Part shown: positions 50,571-62,795 of the stretch, one piece after another
How positions within the stretch are numbered: the first letter of the stretch is position 1
How the letters are laid out: each line of letters starts with the position of its first letter
Assembly: GCA_030264375.1 (NCBI GenBank)
Contig: JASCQW010000137.1
Span: 25,749,264-25,813,263, forward strand
Reading direction: 5' to 3'
Origin: Carcharhinus longimanus
Taxonomy: Eukaryota
DNA: 64,000 nucleotides
Notes under the pieces: model-generated
The model's input: only the letters and a program-made list of their open reading frames with translations
Told to the model about the DNA's origin: nothing
The model's database searches: none
Translations under genes and position numbers: made by a program

Positions 50571-53366
50571 ACCTCTCTGACAATAAGGAGACTAAAATTG
50601 AATACAGTATCACAGATGTGGCCTCACAAAGGAGGGATACCTTAACAGCAGCCCTTTGTATTAAAAGTGATATCCATTCTTTTTATTTGCTGGAAATGTT
50701 CACCCAAATCCCAGATTGCTTCTGTGTGCTGTTACCTCGATCGCTTTACCTTTTAATAAATGTTGCTCATTTTCACTTTGACTGCCTAATCTCATGACTG
50801 CACTTATCGGTATTAAACACCATCTGCCACCTCTTTTCCCATTGACCTGGGCATCACATGCTCTCAGTTATTTTTAGCAACGTTTGGCCACTGCACTCAA
50901 TCTGGTGTCAGGCAAAAGCCGAGAGACATTGAACAATAGAGCTCTCTAAATGACTTATAGCAGCCCCAACATTCATTTCTTTGGAAATCTACTGGCAACA
51001 AGTATCTATTCTGGCACCAGTCTATGCATCAACACACTTCGCTGTTCAATTTTCAGCCATGCATCAGTCCAGCCTGACACTTTGTCAATCATCCGATATC
51101 AGTGCCACATACCTTCCTGCAACTTGGGTGCATTGGGAGGGATTTTCTGGCTTCGCTCAATCCGAGACCGGAAAATTCTGCCTGAGGTCAAACGGACTTT
51201 CTCATTGTCTGCCCCTCGCCTGCATTGATTGTTGTGGTGGGTGGGGCAGTAGATTTCCAGCAATTGGGTGGGAACTCCCACCTCCTGCCACCCCTGGTTT
51301 TCCAGTGGTGGGATATCCTGGTCCCGCAGATGTCTACAGCGTATTGTGTGGCCCACCTATCCCAGTGCCAGGGAACCTGCATGGAGGGGTCACCTTCAGC
51401 AGGATCACCCAGGTTGCTTTTCTGTTCTGTTACCTCAAACATTTTATCTTTTAATAAGTATTTCTCCTTTTCAACTTTGGCTACCGAATCTCATGACTGC
51501 ACTTATCCATTCTAAACACCATCTGCCACCCCCTTCCCATCTCCACCAGCAGTAATAGCCTGCCAATGAGGATATTTTCACCCACTGTCTACACATATGT
51601 GTGCGTGATTACAAAGCATCCTTTGTGATTTCAGAACTGCCATTCTCTCTATGTATGTGTCTTCTCATAATCATACTTGATAAGGAAAATCCAGTGGCGA
51701 GAGAGAATGGTGAAAAAGTGGCTAAATTGTACTTTGTCACCTTGCTTTATCCCCTGTACCAAATGCAGCCCATAATATCTACCAAAATCCAGACTTGCCA
51801 GATGACAACTCGTTCACTTGCATAGTTTCAAGTGTACATTTGGAATGACCTTAAAAGCAGGCTGGTGATGGGAGCAGTAACATGGGGAATTTAAAAAGAT
51901 TGAAACTATTAAAAGGGGCCGAGTCATAATAAAGAGACAAACATTCTGAAGCCATTTGCAGAATCATAAGATACATTAATCCGTGATCCTCCTTTATTAA
52001 GGCGATAGAGGAATCCCCAGGTACAGGTATGACTCAGAAGACAAGCAATGGGACACAACAAGATCTGGTCCCCCAGTTGATGATTACTATAGCCGATGTT
52101 ACAAAAGATGATTGTGTGGTGGGTTGCCCTCCTCTCCCATTTTGGAATCATGTCCACAGCACAGCAATGGGGGTGCGTTTCAGATCACGGTTGACCATTA
52201 CTGTCACTGGCTCTGCCAACTCTTTGCTGTGTGGCAGGTGCAGGTATCCGTGCAGCAGATGGAATAGTACGCCATCTACTCCTTTACTCATCCGGACCGT
52301 GAGTGGCCATTTCCTTGTGCCCATTGCTATACATGTATACACGTATGCCAGGCCATTCAGAAAAGAACTAGTAGGAACTTGGTTGGTAGAGTTAAGTAGG
52401 TGAGACTTGCTACTTAGCACCTTGCCTTTTCTCCTTTTAACCAGTGCTACTGAACATATTTCATACTATGTTTGGGAGTGATTTCAAGGAAGCTCTACAT
52501 CACAATTTCCCTTAGGGAGAGAGACCTCCACCAGCAGCAGTTGCCCTGCCAATGCAGGATATCTTCAACCACTGACTGCAAATGTGGGTGCGCAGTTACA
52601 AAACATCTCTTGTGATTTCAGATCTGCCATCCTCTCTCTATGCTTGATAAAGAAAATCCAGTGGCAAGAGAGAATGGTGAAGAAGTAGCCAACATACACT
52701 TTGTTGCCTTTCTTCGTCCTTTTCACAACCTCCAGAATATTTACAGCAGGAAAACCCTGAATATCCATTTCAAATTAATGGTCTGTGTGCCAGATCAGTG
52801 AGAAATGGCAGGCCTGACGCATGCATGCCAAGTTAATATTAAAGTGAAGCAGCCACTCATTTGGAGAGGGAGCTTCGATTGCCGCTGATTCCGCCTCCCC
52901 CCCCCCCACCCAAAATGTGCAGGGGCATCGAGCCAGCACATTTCCAAGGGGGAGCAGAGGATGGAGCAGATGGGGAGCTTTTATTGATGTTGGGCAACCA
53001 ACTGACATAATAGTGGTTGATAGTTGGTTGTGATAAATAGAGAAATCCAGGCTGTACAGTGTGAACCTTCACTTCTGATATTCAGAACAGATTTCCTGAG
53101 CTGTCAGCATTGATGTACAATGTGTATTGCTATAAATATTTTGAAAGCCTGCTTTAAGCAATGGCAACTTGTCTAATGGAGCTGATGTTATAATTTCATA
53201 TACATCAAACAGATCCAACTAATCTCTCTGCTGTGTGAGATGGCAGACTGTGTTTAGAAAGGGAGTCATTTACCCATATCATGTTTAGTGGTTTGTACTG
53301 ATTTGAAGGGTAAAAAGCATCCTTTTTTCTGTAGTTGGTAAAGAATGACTAACATGAAAAAGATAG

Positions 53367-54100
53367 TGGGGTGATTCTCCTAGCCCACTGCTCTAGCAAT
53401 TTCCAGCACGGAGCCGAATTCAATATTATAATCCTCACCTGAATATGATTAGTGGACTGGGACTGAAGTCTCCAGGCCCATTAGCATGTCGCCACCCCGA
53501 GGAGCCGCTCCCCAGTGGTGTTTACAATAGGCCCCACTAAACGGGAACTGGTGGCTGAAGAGAGGCCTTGGAGATACCCCTCCCCCCAGGAGGTCAGGGG
53601 GAACCCTTGGGCAATGCCAGCTTGGTACCAAGGCATTCCCCAAAGGGCACCTTGGCACTTCCCATTGGGCATTTGGCAATTGGGGTGGGGGGGGGGGAAC
53701 TTGGGAGGTGTTGCAGTCAGTGGACGTGGTGGGGTCCCGTTACCACTGTGCAAAAGGATTGCGGCCAGGGATGTGGGTGGTGATCAGGGCTCGCCAACTG
53801 GGTGGGAGGAGGGGTTTGAGGCTGGCCAACGACCAGGAGGCCAGCAGTGTGGGGCCACTGTGCGCACGCTAATCTCTGCTCTGACTGATCGGTGCACGCG
53901 CAGTGGTCCACTCAGAGCCATGCTGCCAGCGCCTCCAGTAGGAATAGGCCCCAGCCCCAGATTTTCAGAGTAAAGCCTGCTAGGGCACTTGGCAATGCTC
54001 AGAGTGTGGTAAATTCAACCTGAAAATCACGCAAAAAGAAAGCAACGTGAGTTACTCCCATTTTCATGTGAACTTTAAATTTTTTTGGGAGAATCCCAGT
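53367..54100. mobile_element. Harbinger-like non-autonomous element
   Basis: TIRs gggtgattctcc / ggagaatccc; GC-rich interior. Confidence 0.5.
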
Positions 54101-54125
54101 CAGTGTTTGAGAGAGTCTACAGACA

Positions 54126-54891
54126 TGATCTTACCTAAGTAATTTTAGGTGCTGAATGAACATGAAAACTGGAGTTTCAGATCCAATTTTTTCAACAAGA
54201 TCATAAGTGAAATCTTATCGCGCTTCATGAAAAAATAAGGCTCAATCAGATTTCTGCTAGTAGAGGGACTGGACAGTCTTTTATTGCTGGAAAGCCAGCT
54301 GCTCACACTAGAGTGCGTGACTGCACATGCGCAGATATCTGTGCAATAGAGCACAGAGATATCTGTCAGTCATTACCCCCCCCTCAACCCCCGTCAAGAC
54401 CCTGCTCCTAGGCACTGTCCAGTGACTGATAGGCTGTGACAAGGTGCTTAGAGGGGCAATGCTAAGATGCCCAGTGAGCACTGCTAGACTCGCAGCCAGA
54501 GTGCCAGGCTGCCACTGCCCAATGGGTATTGCCCACTCCTGCCCCTGACCACCAGGGTGACCTCAATGGTTTCTGGTCCTACCAGCAAGGCCACCACGAC
54601 AAGTCTCCGATGATGGGGATCATATCTGAGCCTCGCCGGTGAGGGCCTTAACCAGTGAGGCTGTTAAGACAAGTGAGCCTGGACAATTCTGTCCTGGGCT
54701 AATTCTATTTAAATTCTAATTTAAATATTAAAATCAGCGCTTCCTGGGTGCAAGGGTGATCATGTCAGAAATCCAGGGCCAGTAAGATCATAAGAGACAA
54801 GAAACCTGGCGCAAACCAATTTTTTCATATTTTGTGCCATCTTATCGACTTGCCCCATCAACCAGCATGGTAGGCCAGTAAGATCGCCCCC
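54126..54891. mobile_element. Harbinger-like non-autonomous element
   Basis: TIRs gatcttac / gtaagatc. Confidence 0.5.
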
Positions 54892-54956
54892 TATATTTCT
54901 GTCTGTATTTTTATTAGTCAGCAGCTTTCGGAGTGACCTTTTGTTAACTGAAGATT

Positions 54957-55159
54957 GTAAGAAGTCTCACAACACCAGGTTAAAGTCCAACAGGTTTATT
55001 TGGAATCACAAGCTTTCAGAGCGCTGTTCCTTCATCAGGTGAGTGAGGGAGCAGTGCTCCGAAAGCTCGTGATTCCAAATAAATCAGTTGGACTTTAACC
55101 TGGTGTTGTGAAACTTCTGACTGTGCACACCCCAGTCCAAAGCCAGCATCTCCACATCA
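54957..55159. mobile_element. Palindromic PLE-derived element with a perfect 12-bp TSD
   Basis: taactgaagatt at 54945-54956 and 55160-55171; - strand hammerhead core CTGATGA-aggaacagcgctct-GAAAGCTT. Confidence 0.85.
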
Positions 55160-55839
55160 TAACTGAAGATTATAACATTTAAGGTTACAAAACATACCAA
55201 GGGTTGATACATTCGATCCTGCCTTAGGCCAATGGCAAAACTCTATTGGGAGAATGTAAACACTGGTCAGTTCAATGGGCAGAGTGAACACAGCCCATCG
55301 GGAGCAGACATCAAGGGTTAGATCCACGAAGCTGAAATTCTTCATTGGCTTCAAAGGGAAAGGGTCCCAGGAGCCCTGGTTAGCTCTGTCCTGCTGGGAT
55401 CAAAGAGGCTGGGAGCATCATTTCCTTGGTGCAGTTGGGGAGATTGGGGCGAGGGGAAGGCCAGAAGCAGCTATTGGAAGGAATTTGGCTAAGAAGCTGG
55501 GACCATGCCTGTATTTAGATGCTGGAATTTAGCCTGGTCAACACAGTGGGGTATAATCTTGGTAGGAAGTCCAGTTGGAAAAGGAGACCAAGAAGGCTGG
55601 ATCTGGGAGCAGATTTCAGTGAGATCTAGCATTATGTGTCTTTTAGGGAAATGTACCCAAAGAATTTGGATGGAGTAGAACTTCTGTCGGCCAAGGATCA
55701 GACTAGCTCTTTGAAAGAGAGGAACAGCAACACTTTGTGAGCAAGAGAGAATATATATATAGAATTTATAGAATATTTGTAAGTCATGGTGATTGTTAAG
55801 GTCTTTGATTTGACTTATTATTGTTACATATATTAGTAT

Positions 55840-56005
55840 GCAGTGAAAAGTATTGCTTTTTGTGCACTACACAGACAAATCATACAGTTCATTGAGAAGG
55901 AAAGGAGAGTGCGCAGAATATGGTGTTACAGTCATACTAGGGTGTAGAAAAAGATCAGCTTGGTGAAAAGAGGTCCATTCAAATGTTTGATGGCAGCAGA
56001 GAAGA
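55840..56005 (-). mobile_element. Rex1-type LINE 3' fragment
   Basis: Matches 11262-11370 (gaaggaaaggagag...aggtccattcaaa). Confidence 0.65.
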
Positions 56006-56163
56006 GAAATTTGGAGGATTTATCTTGGACGATTTTGCCACATAATGTGCAGTTTGTGGTGTGTTTGACCATAGTTTGCCTGCTAATTCATGTTTATGTC
56101 ATGTTAATTCCGTACATTAGAGTCTAAGGTAGATAATACTGACTGCTTTGCTGGCTCTTGTGT

Positions 56164-56310
56164 AAGAACATAAGAACATAAGAAATAGGAGCAGGAGTAG
56201 GCCATCTAGCCCTTCGAGCCTGTCCCGCCATTTGATAAGATCATGGCTGATCTGAAGTGGATCAGTTCCACTTTTCTGCTTTCTCCCCATAACCCTTAAT
56301 TCCCTTGTCT
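56164..56310 (-). mobile_element. CR1 3' tail
   Basis: Reverse of the 32520-32660 tail, with (taagaaca)n. Confidence 0.85.
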
Positions 56311-58019
56311 NNNNNNNNNNNNNNNNNNNNNNNNNNNNNNNNNNNNNNNNNNNNNNNNNNNNNNNNNNNNNNNNNNNNNNNNNNNNNNNNNNNNNNNNNN
56401 NNNNNNNNNNTTGCGGCTTTATTCTTAGTATATAACTGGGATTTCTAATTTGATCTACTTTAAAATAAAAGTTACTGGTCCCTAACCAGATTATAACAAA
56501 ATGTGGGGCCCTGGTCTGCAACTGTAACAGGTGAGTATTGCCTTTAAAGTGCACTGTGGACACTGGTAATCCTAAGTACTGCCAAAATGATACAGGATTC
56601 CTACTTTTTCACCATGAGCTCTACAAGTATCTTCATTGTTTTTGTCATAGAATGGATGAAATGTGGAGGTGCTAAGTCAAGGAATTGACAATTGCAATGC
56701 AAAAGAATTTGCTGACCGTGTAGAATAGAGGTGAGTAGAAAGCATCATAATCAATATCACAGTCAAGAAACGATGACTTGTTCTTCTCGGATTTGATGTT
56801 TCAACACTTTCTGTTGTTTGTCCAATTCTATTTATATTTAACTGCAGTGACTTGCTTGCTGTTTGTCCTATATTTCAGGAGTTATCCATTCATTTCACGG
56901 TGTCACAGTTGAGAACAATGACAGTTCTGACAAAAGTACGAGGCAGAAAGGGGCCAAGCACACTTCCTGGGTAAAGCTCTGCCTACGTGACATAGCACGA
57001 TCTGTTCGTGATCCAATATTTGGATCCCTTAAGAAAACCTGCTTTAGGGAATTCTGCTTTGTAGCTGAACTCATTTACAAAGTTTAAGTTCATATGGGCT
57101 GGAATTCCTCAGCCACTCACGCCTGCGAGATTCTCCAGTCCTGCCAAGATTCTCCGATCCCGCCAGCATGCATCTCAGCCCATGGGTTTGCTGCCAACAT
57201 GGGATCACGTCAATGGGAATTCCCACTGACAGTGACGGGACCAGAGAATCCCGCTGTCAGCAAACAACGTTCCACCTCCCGAGGATGGGAAACACTCGGC
57301 TGAGAGGCTCACCCATGGGGTGTCTAAAATGTTGTGCTGTTTGCTCAAACGATGCAATGACTTTCTGCTCAAGACAATTACAATTGGTCTTATCGTGCAC
57401 CTAAACTGCCAAGATCGGAATAAAAGGCTGTTCGGTTGCAGGACACATGTGCGAACTGCAACATTTTCAAATGATTTGAGAAAGGAAAATCCAGAATATG
57501 AAAAGAAGCAGGAAAAGATAAATTGGATTATAACTATGAGATACACCACACTAAAGGATTAATGCTCTTCCTATACCTGCAACTCATTGCCACCAATGCT
57601 AGCAGTGGTATCTTGCCATTTCTGTAATTCTGCATCATTCATCATCATCTCTATGATATTGTGATAGAAAAAAAATGAGGTGTCTCATTCGCATTCTCAT
57701 TATCAAATTAGCTCTTTGACTCTCCTAATTGTTTTACACTTTAACAGACACTTTCACTGTCATTTGGGGATAGTGTCAAGTAACTGCACATTACGGTTTT
57801 TAAAAAAATGGAAACAGTTTAGTGGAAATTATTGAAAAGAAGACACCAGGGACCTTCCTACAAATTTGTTGTTCCCTTCCTTCCCAGACAGTATATCTCC
57901 TCTGAGTCCTAGTCTGAAGAAAAAAAGCAACATCTATTTAATAGTGAAAAGATGATGGACAGTATAAAAGGGTTTGTGAATATTCTTCATCGTGATGGAG
58001 GCAGTACTGTCAGCATTCC

Positions 58020-58517
58020 TGAAAAGTTGCGTATCCTGGCAAAACAATGTCACAAATGTGGCCGTCCTCTCACAGGCAGAGTTCTCAACTTTGTTGGCAC
58101 TCATCAGAGGTGGTTTCATTGGCCAAGACGCGCCCACAGACTGGAAGATGGCCACATACCCAAGGACTTTGTGTCTGGTGAGGTAGCTGGATCTAGGCAA
58201 CCAGCATGACCCAAAGGCCCCAAGCATTGATTAATGTAACTGGGAGTCATTAGCTGAAGGCAGAGGAAAATAGCGACACCTCATGTGGTCTGGCACGCAC
58301 TGCCAGATTAACAAGTGACGACAGTGGCTTGGCAACTGTCACCAATGATGAAAACAACAATCCAAATGACATTTGGTAACTTCATGTGTGGCACTTGCCT
58401 CTCAAAGATTCGCCTCTTTAGCCATCAGCAGAGAGTGCCATATGAAGACACTCCATCTAAAAAGGATTGTATGCTGCCTATCCATCATCTTCTCAGGGAG
58501 AAGGATGCCGACGACTG
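58020..58517 (+). mobile_element. RTE-clade LINE 3' fragment
   Basis: SWQNNVTNVAVLSQAEF, HRLEDGHIPKDFVSGEVAG, and a terminal C..C..RLFSHQQR finger remnant. Confidence 0.8.
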
Positions 58518-59235
58518 AAAGATTGTGCCTCAGGATACTTTGAAGAACTTTCTGACAGATTACCTGTCTGCTTTCTCTAAAGCTTATGCTGAAGTGCGAA
58601 CATAACTGTTATTCTCATTCTAAACATATTGGAAAAATAATTATGGATAGCAGATTTCGACTTCTGAATCCTTGCAAGAGGTATCTAACCCTATACAGCT
58701 GGACAGCACAGTGGTGGCTTGAACTGACATATAATGGATAATACTGAGAGCTATGTGAAATCTCTTAACAGAAAATAGCAAAATGGGTGCAATAAGATCA
58801 CCATTTAATTGTAGTGATAGGATTTTGTTCCAGACCCTCAACTCTGACTATTTTTATGTATAATAAGAATGCTGGTTTGCATAGAACAGCTGAAATGGAT
58901 CACATGGAACAGTTAGCAAATGACTACCTCTTTAAAAGAGTTGCATTTATATAGCACCTATATGTTCAAATGTCTCAAATTGCTTCACACAATGAATTGC
59001 TACTGACACAAGATGACTGCTGTGCAGTCAAACACCACAGCCATTTTGCAAAACACAAGACCGCACATAGAATGAGATGATTACCTACCTGCCTGGGGCA
59101 GCAGATTAGACACCTCAATGTGCATAATATTGTCTTTCATAACTTTCTGACCCAATTTCTTGCTGATGTTGGTTACAGATTCATTAATGCTAATCTGAAA
59201 TATCACATGGGTAGAGGGGATTTCAGTTAGGGACT

Positions 59236-59795
59236 CATAGAAACAGAATCCCTACAGAGCAGAAGGAGACTATTTGGACCATTGGGTCTGCACTGGCCAC
59301 AGTTCTACCCAGGCCCTATCCCTGTGACCCCATGTATTTACCCTGCTCGTCACCCTGACATTAAGGGGCAATTTAGGAAGGCCAATCAACCTAACCCGCA
59401 CATCTTTGGACTGTGGGAGGAAATCCATACAGACATGAAGACAATATGCAAACGCCACAAAGATAGTCAGCCGAGGCTGGATTTGAACCCAGAGTCATAG
59501 AACATAGAACACAGAACATAGAACATTACAGCGCAGAACAGGCCCTTCGGCCCACGATGTTGCGCCGACCAGTTAAAAAACNNNNNNNNNNNNNNNNNNN
59601 NNNNNNNNNNNNNNNNNNNNNNNNNNNNNNNNNNNNNNNNNNNNNNNNNNNNNNNNNNNNNNNNNNNNNNNNNNNNNNNNNTCATCCAGATCATTAATAA
59701 AAATTACAAACAGCAGTGGCCCCAAAACAGATCCCTGAGGCACACCACTCGTAACTGAGTCCTGGCATCATGAGGCAGCAATGCCACCATGCTGC
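59236..59795 (-). mobile_element. HE1-type V-SINE split by a CR1 insertion (59497-59756)
   Basis: The SINE resumes at 59757; gagtc is duplicated; the insert encodes VTSGVPQGSVLGPLLFVIFINDLD on - and has a (catagaa)n tail. Confidence 0.8.
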
Positions 59796-60671
59796 TCACA
59801 TCATATCTGATGGGGGCAGCCCGATTCTTTCAACAGTACAGGGAGCTACGCTGAGGCATCTTCTCCCATTGAGAATGACGTTTGTGAAAATATGTCATCA
59901 TTTCACCTCTCTAAACTGTATTATTATGTGAGAAGTAAGGATTGCTGATCCGTTATTGAGGAGTTGCAATTTTGCCTTGGTTTTGTGAGAGTTGTATAGG
60001 TGCAGAGGATATGAGTGTTGCGTAGTATTTTCCAATAAATAAAATCTATCATTTGTTTCATAATCAATTATATCATAGGAAATCAGCAAGAGTGAGAGAG
60101 AGAACACGCATAAACGGGATTTTTCAAATGACATTTTCAAAGCTTGTTCTTCATTGCAATTCATCTGTCCATCTAAACAATGATCATTATCTTCTATATT
60201 TAAAATAAAATGTTAATTTACAAATCTAGACTACAGTTAAAGGTGAGCATCTGTAAAATGTTATACATGAAGTGCAAGCGTAAAGACACAGCCAAAACTC
60301 AGGTGCAATTAGCTGACAAGTGTAAAAGTAGTTCTGGTTGTGCTCACATAGTGTAACAGGGGGTAATTCTAACCTAACCTGTCTGGCAGGGAACTAATAG
60401 GCATGAGTTGCCCCCCACCCCCCTTATTTCATCCAACCCAATTATTATTTTGATTGAAGGCAATGGAAAGCTTAATCAGGCAACGTGTAAATCTGACCCC
60501 ATCAGACTCCTGCTGGGTGTGGATTAGACTAAAATCTCCTCACAGCTGCCGTTTTCAGCAGAGAATAGTGGCCCTAGAACTAGCGAGCAGCAATTTGTCA
60601 GAAATCTTGCCATGCTGGAATCGATACCAGAGTCAAAGTAACCGGTAATGTTAGGCAAGTTATTTGCATTA

Positions 60672-60888
60672 TGATGTGGAGAAGCCGGTGTTGGACTGGG
60701 GTGGGCACAGTAAGAAGTCTCACATTATCAGGTTAAAGCCCAACAGGTTTATTTGGGATCACAAGCTTTCAGAGCGCTCCTCCTTCATCAGGTGAGTGAA
60801 GGAGCAGTGATGAAAGAGCAGCATTCTGAAAGCTCTTGATTCCTAATAAACCTGTTGGACTTTAACCTGGTGTTGTGAGACCTCTCGC
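60672..60888. mobile_element. Palindromic PLE-derived element
   Basis: Same tgatgtggag..ttggactggggt extension and inverted arms; TSD-like tatttgcatt/tattttcatt. Confidence 0.8.
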
Positions 60889-61499
60889 TATTTTCATTGT
60901 ATAGCTGACTTAAATAACTTACCAATTGCCTCGCAATAAGTTTTATTTTCTGTGTTTCTTTTCCATCTTTATAATCAGATCTGCTGTCCACGCTTAGTAA
61001 CCTTTACATAGTGGGCGGAATCCCACCCGAGGCCAACAGAGAATGCCGTTCTCCAAGCCAAGCCCACTTCCCGAATCGGGGCTGGCATGCCGATAAAGTT
61101 CCAGCCAGTGACTTAAATTATCTTTTAGACTTTTTTTTCATTCTTTTATTCATTCCGATACAAAGCTCGACCATTTGCCATTCTCAAATGATTTTGCCTC
61201 CTTCAACTGAGCTATTACCTCGAGACTGAATATGGAACATGTGCAAGTAGGTCAGGAACTGAAAATCGATTTCATTAATGCAGCCTGCACTAATCAACTG
61301 GCCCTCCAGCATTCATTTCCTTTAATTCAGCGATGCACTTTGTAAAGTTAATATTCCTGGATGATTGCTCAGGTTTTTCTGGTTGATGCTACTGCAAAAT
61401 TGCCTGAGATGATTTTTCAATACTGCATCATAGATGGCAAGAATGTAGGCATTAAAAGCTTTGGTGATCTGGACAAGTCTATCGGAATATGTTGACAAT

Positions 61500-62795
61500 T
61501 GCAGGGTTTGATCAGCAGTAGTCAGCATGGCTTTGTGCGTAGGAGATCATGCCTTACAAATTTGTGAGAGTTCTTTGATGAAGTGACCAGGAAGGTTGAT
61601 GAGGGCAGGGCAGTAGCCTATATGCACTTCAGTAAGGCCTTTGACAAGGTTCCACATGGTAGGCTGCTCTAGAAGGTCAGATCACATGGAATCCAAAGAG
61701 AGCTGGCAAATTGGACATACAATTGTTTGATGGTAGGAAGCAGAAGGTAATGGTGGAAGGATACTTGTCAGACTGGAGGCCTGTGACTAGTGATGTGCCT
61801 CAGGGTTCAGTAGTGCTGGGTCCATTGCTGTTTGTTATCTATATCAACAATTTGGATGAGAATGTACAAGGCATGATCCGTAAGTTTGCAGATGACACTA
61901 AAATGGGTGGCATTATAGACAGTGAGGAAGGTTATCAAAAATTGCAGCAGGATCTTGATCAGCTGGGGAAGTAGGCCAAGAAATGGCAAATGGAATTCAA
62001 TCCAGATAAGTGTGAGGTGTTGCATTTTGAAAAATCAAATCAAGGTAGGACTTACACGGTGAATAGTAGGACATTAGGGAATGTGGTGGAACAGGGGGAT
62101 CTTGGGATTCAGGTGCATGGTTCTCTAAAGGTGGAATTACAGGTAGATAGGGCAGTGAAGGAGGTTTTTAGCATGCTGGCCTTTATCAGTCAGAGCACTG
62201 AGTATAGAAGTTGGGAAGTTATGTTGCAGCTGTACAGGTAGTTAGTGAGGCTGTATCTGGAGCATTGTGTTCAGTTTGGTCGCTTTGCTAGAGGAATGAC
62301 GTTATTGAACTGGAGAGAGTGGGGAAGAGATTTACAAGGATGTTGCCACGGCTCAAAGCACTGGGTTATAGGGAGAGACTGGACAACTAGGATATTTTTC
62401 TTTGGAGCGTAGGAGACTGAGGACTGATCTTATAGAAGTGTTTAAGATCACAAGAGGCACGAATAGGGTGAATACACTCAGTCTTTTTCCCAGGGTTGGG
62501 GAATCGAGAACTAGAGGGTATAGGTTTAAGTTAAATTAATGGGAACCTGAGGAGCAACCTTTTTTTTTTGCCTAGAGGATGATACGTGTGTGGAGTGAAC
62601 TCCTGGAGGAACTGATTGAGGCAGGGACATTGACAACATTTAAAAGGGATTTGGACAGATACATGGATAGGAAAGGTTCAGAGGGATAAAGGCCAAATAC
62701 AGGCAAATGAAGTTAACTTAGATGGGCATTTTGGTCAGTATGGACCTGCTTGGTCCGAAGGGCCTGTCTCCATGCTGCAGATTCTGATTCTATGA
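61500..62795 (+). mobile_element. CR1 LINE RT and 3' end, decayed
   Basis: SQHGF, FSKAFDKVPH, VPQGSVVLGPLLF..YIN, KFADDTK, MEFNPDKCEVLHF motifs with stops. Confidence 0.95.

Noticed and set aside
49910-51555. Several 90-160 aa overlapping ORFs
   Set aside because: Within GC-rich MITE or old LINE sequence, non-ATG starts, no splice logic.
53515-53973. 152-aa glycine-rich ORF
   Set aside because: Interior of a Harbinger-like element.
56879-56970. + strand exon-like segment (tttcag...TGG|GTAAAG)
   Set aside because: No partner exons on +; antisense to the inferred host gene; could be chance.
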